From positions 186,001 to 250,000 of the forward strand of contig JBBPEB010000015.1 in the NCBI GenBank assembly GCA_039096225.1: a stretch of 64,000 nt of DNA. The letters run 5' to 3'. Source of the stretch: Blastocystis sp. Blastoise (lineage: Eukaryota; Protista; Bigyra: Opalinata). Below the pieces are notes generated by a model. That model saw only the letters and a program-made list of their open reading frames with translations, did no database searches and was not told where the DNA came from. The stretch's first letter is position 1; each line of letters starts with the position of its first letter. Below are positions 45,100 through 64,000 of this stretch, in pieces. A program made the position numbers and the translations under genes.

Positions 45100-47453
45100 T
45101 TAAGCATCATCATAATTAACGTACTCATTCCCGTGGTTATCAGCAGATTCAGAAAGAGAGGATGTATTCTTCATAGAATTCGATGAATCATCATGCACGT
45201 GAGGATATTTAGATTGTATTTCAAGAGCATCACTAGAAATACTATCTTTTGTAGAATTATGACCTTTTCGTTTCCTTTCACCACTAGAAGATTTATGGAT
45301 TGATTTTCGATTACCATAGTCTTCCTTAGATTCGCTGAAACCATCTGAAACAGACTGATTCAAAGAAGAATCATCTTTTTGTTGCTGATTAGAGTGATAA
45401 TCAATAGAAGAAGAATGTATATACTCTTCTTTTTCATCATTTTTAGTGTTGTTTCTAGTTGACGAGTGATGTTTCTCTAAGGATCTATTCTTCAAATGAG
45501 AAGAATGTTTCTTCTTTATGATATCACGACGCTCTGAGGAACGCATGTGACCAGATCCTGAAGTAGAAGATATATCACGTGATTGATTTCCACTATGTTG
45601 ATTCATTGGTACGTTAGGAATTCCATTAGATACTAAAGAGGGTCTATTAAAAGGAGTACGAAGAGTAGAAAGAGGAGATATATTATTATTTATAGATCTA
45701 TTCGTATTTATAGAATTAAAAGACCCATAAAGACCCCTATTATTTCTATTAAGGGAATTCATAACCTCAAGCATAGAGGAAGTCATTATACCATTATTAT
45801 TATTCATATTATTGTTTATATTATTATTCATAGCATTATTATTCATATTATTATTATTATTATTCATAACATTATTATTATTATTCATTACATTATTATT
45901 AATAGTATTATTTTTCATAATATTATTATTATTCATAACATTATTAAACATAGTGTTTGAATTATAGGTTGAATTAAGAGGATTCATTCCCATGGGAATA
46001 GTTGTGTTAAAAGGATAAGAAGGTACTGAAAGTGAAGGAGTAGAATAAATCCCAGATTGAGAAGTATTGTAATTTATAGGAGTATTTATAGGAGTATTAT
46101 TATTCATATTCATAGTATTCATAGTATTCATATTACTCATATTATTATTCATATTACTAATATTATTCATAGTATTCATATTACTCATAGTATTCATAGT
46201 ATTCATATTACTCATAGTATTCATAGTATTCATATTATTATTCATATCACTCATATTACTCATATTACTCATATTATTATTCATATTATTATTCAAATTA
46301 TTCATATTATTCATATTATTCATATTAATACCTTCTTGTACTTCATGATTATTTGTAAAACTATTCATTCCAGTTCTATTATTATTATTAAGGGTATTAT
46401 TATTTATAGCATTTATTCCATATAATGAATTCGATATCATATTTATATTATTAGAATCTTGGCGAAGAGAAGCAACGTTCTGATTGGATGGTAATAAAGG
46501 GACCATTACTCCATTCGAGATAGTATTCAATTGTGTTTCTCCCAACTGATTCATATTACTTTGATATAATAAGGAATTATTAGTATTTATATTATTAAGA
46601 TGTGAATCATTTATATTAATAGAAGTATTATTATTTGTCATTAATGAATTCATCCTATTTATATTATTCATAGAATCTTTATACATAGTACTCATAGAAG
46701 TCAGTGCTTCTCCATTTCCATTAGATTGTCCTTGAAATTGATTTCTTTCCATTAACTGCACAGGAAGAGAAGAAGGAGAAGAAGATGTACCATTAGTATT
46801 TACATTTAGAAATGATATAGTGGAAGTAGGTATACCGGCTCTAGAAGTATATACTGAAGGAGAAATAGAAGAATTCAAGAAAGATGATGATGAACCCATT
46901 GGAGTGTTTATACTCATATTATTAGTATTAGTATTATTCATAGTAGTATTATTTATATTATTCATATTATTATTTATAGTATTCATAGTATTCATATTAC
47001 TCATATTATTATTTATATTATTATTTATATTATTATTTATATTATTATTCATATTATTATTCATATTATTATTTATATTATTATTCATATTATTATTCAT
47101 ATTATTATTCATATTATTATTTAAAAGGAATGAATTATTACTTTGTTGTGAGAATTGTTTATTAATATTAATTTCATTGGGAATAGAATTTTGCATATAT
47201 ATATTAGATTGAATATCACCATAAGGTGTTTTTGTAGTTATATTATTATTTGTCTGAATACTATTTCCTGTAAATAAAATACGAGAATTATCCACAGGAT
47301 TCTGTGTTCCATGAGGGACTGGAGGGAATATTTTGGCGGTAGGAACCTGTAAAGTAGTTGGCATACTTGTATTTAAAGAACTATTGGCGGGAATCATGGC
47401 GGGCATTTGTATCATGGAATTAGTTGTCATCTGAGAAGGATTCTATAAAAATA

Positions 47454-47548
<95 letters not shown>

Positions 47549-48581
47549 TAGTGAAGTATTTATCCATTCGTTTACGTATAATATTAAATACAAAACTATG
47601 AATTTCATCACCGTCTTTCCATTCTGAAATAGGCTTATTATCTTTCAGCTTATTAAATACCTTTGGGAAATCTTTATAGGGTACGGATAACTTTACTATC
47701 CATTCACAAGAAAATAACCATTGAAAATGATTCTATTGAACATAATAATAAAATAAGAAGAAGAATGTTAAAATAATTAAGAAAGCTATAAAATAAAGAT
47801 AAAAAATATTTTTAAATATTTTTAAAAAGATTAAAAATATTAATAAAAAATAATAAAAAAACACTAAAAAACGCACTAACAATTAAATAAAACATTGTAA
47901 ACACTGCAATAAATAAATGCATATATATATACTTCAACATTAAATATAGGAATGACGGACTGATTTGGTAATATACGGGCATAACCCTAAAAATATATAT
48001 ATATATATATATCATCTAAATAATAATCCCTAATAGCAATAAAAATCGTTAAAAAAAAACAGAAAAATAGCCAGATATATATACACAAAATGAATCTGAA
48101 TGTATATGTCCCAAAATAAAGTATACTTCATAACCACGAGAAAGATAATTTAATATGGAATTTCGATAAATATTCTTACAACCCCAAACACCAGCAGAAC
48201 AAGCTTTTTCAACGAAGGGAATACTATGGCACTGAAAGAAAAAGCACTTAATAAACTATAGAGTGATTTATTATTTAAAAAAAACGAAAAATTGTAAAAA
48301 AAAAGATACTTTTTGAGTTCCAGGAGTGTCTATCGTTTCTATATATATTTAAATTAGGTTAGCATTAGGCAAACGTGTTTTGGCTAACAAATGAAGAATA
48401 TATATTTATAATTACTTGAATTAGCCGACACTGGAATGGTCTGTAAATGATTCTGAATAGCAGATTGATTTAGGTCAGTCTCGCCTACAATGATTCCACC
48501 AATCGGACCAACTCCATTTTGATTAGGATTTTGCAAATTACGTAATGTCTGTAACATACTGTACTGATTTTGATCTTGCAT
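45100..48581 (-). CDS. YTH-domain RNA-binding protein with about 780-aa Asn/Met-rich low-complexity C-terminus
   Basis: Spliced exons read KCFFFQCHS...SAGVWG...VYFIL...FCGYARI...FSCEW..KLSVPY...NKLKDNKPISEWKDGDEI, colinear with the YTH fold. Start codon is uncertain. Confidence 0.8.
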
Positions 48582-49111
48582 TTTATATTTTGGTGAATCT
48601 ATCAGATTTTTAATATAATGAAGATTACTCAAAGAATAACTAAATATATGAACAATGATAACAGCATAAATGAATTGTTTTTTGTTTATGAGAACGAGCT
48701 ATTTCCATGATTATTCTTTAGAAAACAGTAAAAAATATTATTGAAAAAAAAATTCAAACTAAATCTTCCTTTTATATCTTCATGATAATACTTTTTTAAG
48801 CGCTAATATTTAACTTATAAACTCCTTGTTTTGTGTTTTATAGTTGGGCTCAATCAAATCAAACATATAAAAAGTAGTGTTGACATGAAGCGCTGTATTG
48901 AATGAGAATTTTACATTATATATTTTTTTACAAGCAGTATGCACTATTCTAAGCACTTAGAAAAGAGTTGAGAACGTAAATTGACTTTTATAAACAAAAC
49001 AAAAAAGAGATGCAAATAGAAAATAATGAATGACTTATTGAACACATTCTATGAGATTATAAGAAGACAAAAAGACAGAAAAGTCATAAAATTATACTAA
49101 TGATCATAAAA

Positions 49112-49976
49112 CTAATCACGATTTACAAATATAGAGTCATAAACTGCATCGATATCTTCATTCAACTCTTTGTCAGAAACAAATGAGAGTAATTCATCAT
49201 CTATATCCGAGATATTCATGACATTTCTAAATGATGATAGAATAGAGTTGATATCTCTCTTTAAAATAACCATTGAGTCTGGGTGAGTATCAATTACTGC
49301 TTGACCAACATCTATAGCATATACAGTTCCTTTGTGATATAATAAGTTATAGGCAGAGAAGTCCCCATGTATAAGATGGCATTTTACATAGATATCACGA
49401 AGAATATATATGGATTGTTTTAATAAATCATAAGCATTATCCTCTGTAATGTGAATATCCTATATAAGTTATTTCATTATATTTATTATATTTATTATAT
49501 TTATTATAATGTTTTTTTATTATATTTATTATATTTATATTATATTTATTATATTTATTATATATATATACAGCTACTCGTGGAGCAGGCTTGTCTTTCT
49601 CTCCTATAAAAGACATAATTATAATATTATTCGAAAGAATAAGGGGCTCAGGACAGGGCACGTGATTCTTATATAATCTATATATATAATTATATATAGT
49701 TATATATAGATTATATATAGATTATATATTGTTATATATATATAGATTATATATACCTATTAAGATTTGCAAATTCTTTCTTTGTCCATGTACATATAAA
49801 ATCCCTTGAGTTCAAATTCTGATTACGAACATCATTGTATCGTTTATCCCCCTCTATATATTGTACTATTATTATTATGTGTTATTATGTTTATTTTGAT
49901 TATTTCAATTATTATTATATAAATATATATTATTATTATAACCATTGCCAAAATAAAACATTTATTTTATAATAGT

Positions 49977-50029
<53 letters not shown>

Positions 50030-50503
50030 CCTCTATATATTGTTGTCTTCTTTTGAATATATGCATATTTGTGGCATGCACCTTCATGCAAACCATCGAC
50101 TCTATTCCTTCTTCTATATGAATACATGAGTAAACACTTGCTTCTTTACCTGTTTGTATAAAACTATATATACCTTCAATACTACCGTCATTAATCAACT
50201 TATAGATATTAATACAAGTAGCTTTATCTAATACCAGGTCTGAAGTCGAATATTCATCTCTTTCTACTGCCTTATGCATCTCTATACCTTTTCTTTGTTG
50301 TTTCTGCACGTGCTCCTTGATGAATCGCGATGCGTCACTACTGATGACGAACATAGAGATATCTCCCGTGTTCTCATAATTCGATATATCTTCATCCATT
50401 ATTTGAGTCTATAAGTATATATATAGATATAGAACTATTATATATATATAATAATATATATATACATTAATTTCAGCTAATAATTCAGGATCATGTTTTG
50501 TAA

Positions 50504-50547
<44 letters not shown>

Positions 50548-50654
50548 ATCCTTTCTCTTTCGTAGAGCTGTCTGACGCATACACCAAATATCTAAAATAA
50601 TCACGGGAATATAAGAATAACATAGGAATATCATGACAAAGTATATAATTCAAG

Positions 50655-50715
<61 letters not shown>

Positions 50716-50738
50716 AAGTAATGTAACACATATAATAC

Positions 50739-50777
<39 letters not shown>

Positions 50778-51512
50778 GATTGATCTTCATATTCTTCTTC
50801 TTCTTCTTCTTCTTCTTCTTCTTCATCATCATCTCTGTCTATATCTATATCAGCATGAGATATATACTCAGGCAATACAGGACGAATCTGAATTTTTGAA
50901 TTATCATTTTGTTTATGTTGATGTTGATATTCATTATATTTTTGTTCTTCTTCCATCGATAACTTCAAAGCTAAAGCATAATCATCATCATAATTTATAG
51001 CTTCTTCTTTCTTATCTTCTTTAGAATCGACTTCTTCTGAATATATTGTTGGAGGAATAATGACACTATCAGGAATCTCTCCTCTATACATATTATATTC
51101 TTCTTGAAGCTTTAAAGCTAGAAGATAATCCTGATCTATCTCATTTACAACATCATTTGGAGTCTCTGAAACAGTCTCAACGACATCATTAACAATTTCT
51201 GTAGGTAAGTCTTGATTATGATCTTTCTCCTTCATTTCACTTACATCATAATGTTGATTATCCCATTCTTCTTGTAATTTCAAAGCTAACATATAATCTT
51301 CATCTAAAAAAAGAAATGATAAGTCTATTTCTATCAAGATATACCTTCGAAAACACTCTTCTGATTATTCTCTATATATTTCATATATCAATTATATCTT
51401 ATATTTAACTTGTATCACACATACTAAATTTCTTCTGCTTCTTTTGCTTCTTATTCGACTTTCTTTCATCCTCCCTCATAATATCAGCAAAACTAAATAA
51501 CTCTCCACTCAT
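49112..51512 (-). CDS. RIOK3: RIO-family atypical kinase, RIOK3-like
   Basis: [19 protein letters not shown]...IIMSFIG...PAP and [12 protein letters not shown]...IDVGQAV, plus RIO3-type N-terminal SFADIM, three DYxLALKL repeats and TKHD. Confidence 0.82.
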
Positions 51513-52272
51513 TCTGGAAGCAATTAATAATTAATAAATATTAAAAACGAACCTTTGTTAAAAAAATAAAGTCGTTTTCTTGTCAAACCCGTTTGTTGAT
51601 GCCATTTTTTTTAATTTTCTCGTTTTATCATGAAATGCTCACTACTTGTTTAATTCATTTATGATAACAATAATAAAGAAATCACTCTAGATAATTCACA
51701 TTTCGTTAAAACTTTATTAATAGCTTTTTTTTTTAATTATTTTTCTTCTAGAATCAGTCTGTAATGGTTTTAATAGAAAATCGAAAAAAGATAAATATAA
51801 TGAATGTATTCTTTTTGAGAAAATTTCAACTAAAATAGAATATTTTATAAATTAGTCATTATATGTCCTTATATTCCTAAAACTATTTTATTTAAATGTT
51901 TGGAAGTAATATAGATCTAGTTTCATTGTCAAATAATCGAAAAACAATTCATTCGAGTTTTACAACTTAAAAACCTTATGTATAGAATATATATGTTTCA
52001 GAGCAGTAAATAGTATATGTTTCTCATCAACAATAGCATAAATTAGCAAATTTTCAATAAAATAAAGAAGAAACAGATTATTTAAAAAACAAAATACACA
52101 TTAATAATTTACACATGAAAAAATGACAAGAAAATACAGGACGACAAAAGAATATTGAAAAGAAAAGTTAAAATAATTAAAATGAACAAAAAAATGAGAA
52201 TTATAAAACGAATAAAGTTATATGTATATTCAATAGAAATTATATATATACATATATACAAAAATAATATAA

Positions 52273-63320
<11,048 letters not shown>

Positions 63321-63678
63321 TTTGATATTATATCACTTATCCTAAAGTAGATTAGCAAAAGATTTGTTCTTAAAGGAAAAGAGTGATTGCAAACAAATTC
63401 CTAAAAGGAGCAAAACAAATGAAACCGCGATTTTCCTCTGATGATAACAATAGCTAAAGCTAGCTATTTAATTGGAATATATTATTTAATTAAATAATTG
63501 TATTTTTAAGGAATTAGATTAGAATTCGATAGGTTGTATACATTGTAATCTACATTTGCGTTTTTAAAAACATAAAACAAAAATGTAATTTATCGATTAT
63601 TAATAAGTTAACAATACTAGAAAGTCATTTATAAAAGAAAACAACAAGATAAAGGGTACATTAGCATAAAAATCAATT

Positions 63679-64000
63679 TTATTTAGATTTTTCTTTGAGT
63701 TAAAGTAGCTCTATTAAGTTTCATCTCTTGTAGAGACTGTTCTGAATGTGGTAATGCAGTTGGAGGTATTCCATTCAATAAATTAAAATTAATGTTTGGA
63801 GTATAACTATAAATATATAATATACTTGCATATATAATTATTTAATATTATGTTCAATACATGAAACATATATATGTACATAAATTGTTTAAATTTTTAA
63901 AATGATCAAAAAAAAGAGAGAATGGATTTCATTAAAAATCAGTGATAAATATATATACGTTGCAACAACATAATAAAGATCGTTCAATGTGTGAGAAGAA
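63679..64000 (-). CDS. 3' end of a spliced hypothetical gene (partial)
   Basis: Last exon YTPNINF...TQRKSK* is preceded by a GT-AG intron and an exon running off the window. Confidence 0.6.

Noticed and set aside
48256-48309. GTATCTTT donor in the YTH gene as a sixth U12 intron
   Set aside because: No CCTTAA-like branch box near the acceptor, so it is probably U2-type. Left unresolved.

Overview
Gene-dense, roughly 80% AT eukaryotic nuclear DNA with many short spliceosomal introns. Compact intergenic spaces, TLDc paralogues and the gene content suggest a Blastocystis-like stramenopile; this is inference, not proven. Most poly-IY, poly-L and poly-I ORFs in the supplied track are intronic microsatellites, so gene models were rebuilt by hand. 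About 19 genes are supported: an LRR protein, a twin-CX9C mS37-like protein, SAP30BP/HCNGP, APH-1, CENP-I/Mis6, U2SURP, a GH89 NAGLU, three TLDc proteins, a metallophosphoesterase, NOP2, SYS1, a YTH-domain protein, RIOK3-like, an 11-kb PHIP/BRWD-like gene and several hypotheticals. The most striking signals concern splicing and DNA-level structure. (1) At least five U12-type (minor spliceosome) introns, three of them in NAGLU with a variant ATATCTTT donor, one ending AT-AT. (2) Introns made almost entirely of (TA)n, (TTA)n or (TATT)n between GT/GC and AG. (3) Several junctions required by protein homology that lack the G of GT or AG, which are either real non-canonical sites or consensus errors. 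(4) A strongly over-represented GC-rich palindrome, (A)TTCCCRYGGGAA(T), independent of reading frame and spaced about 200-235 bp apart in the BRWD gene.
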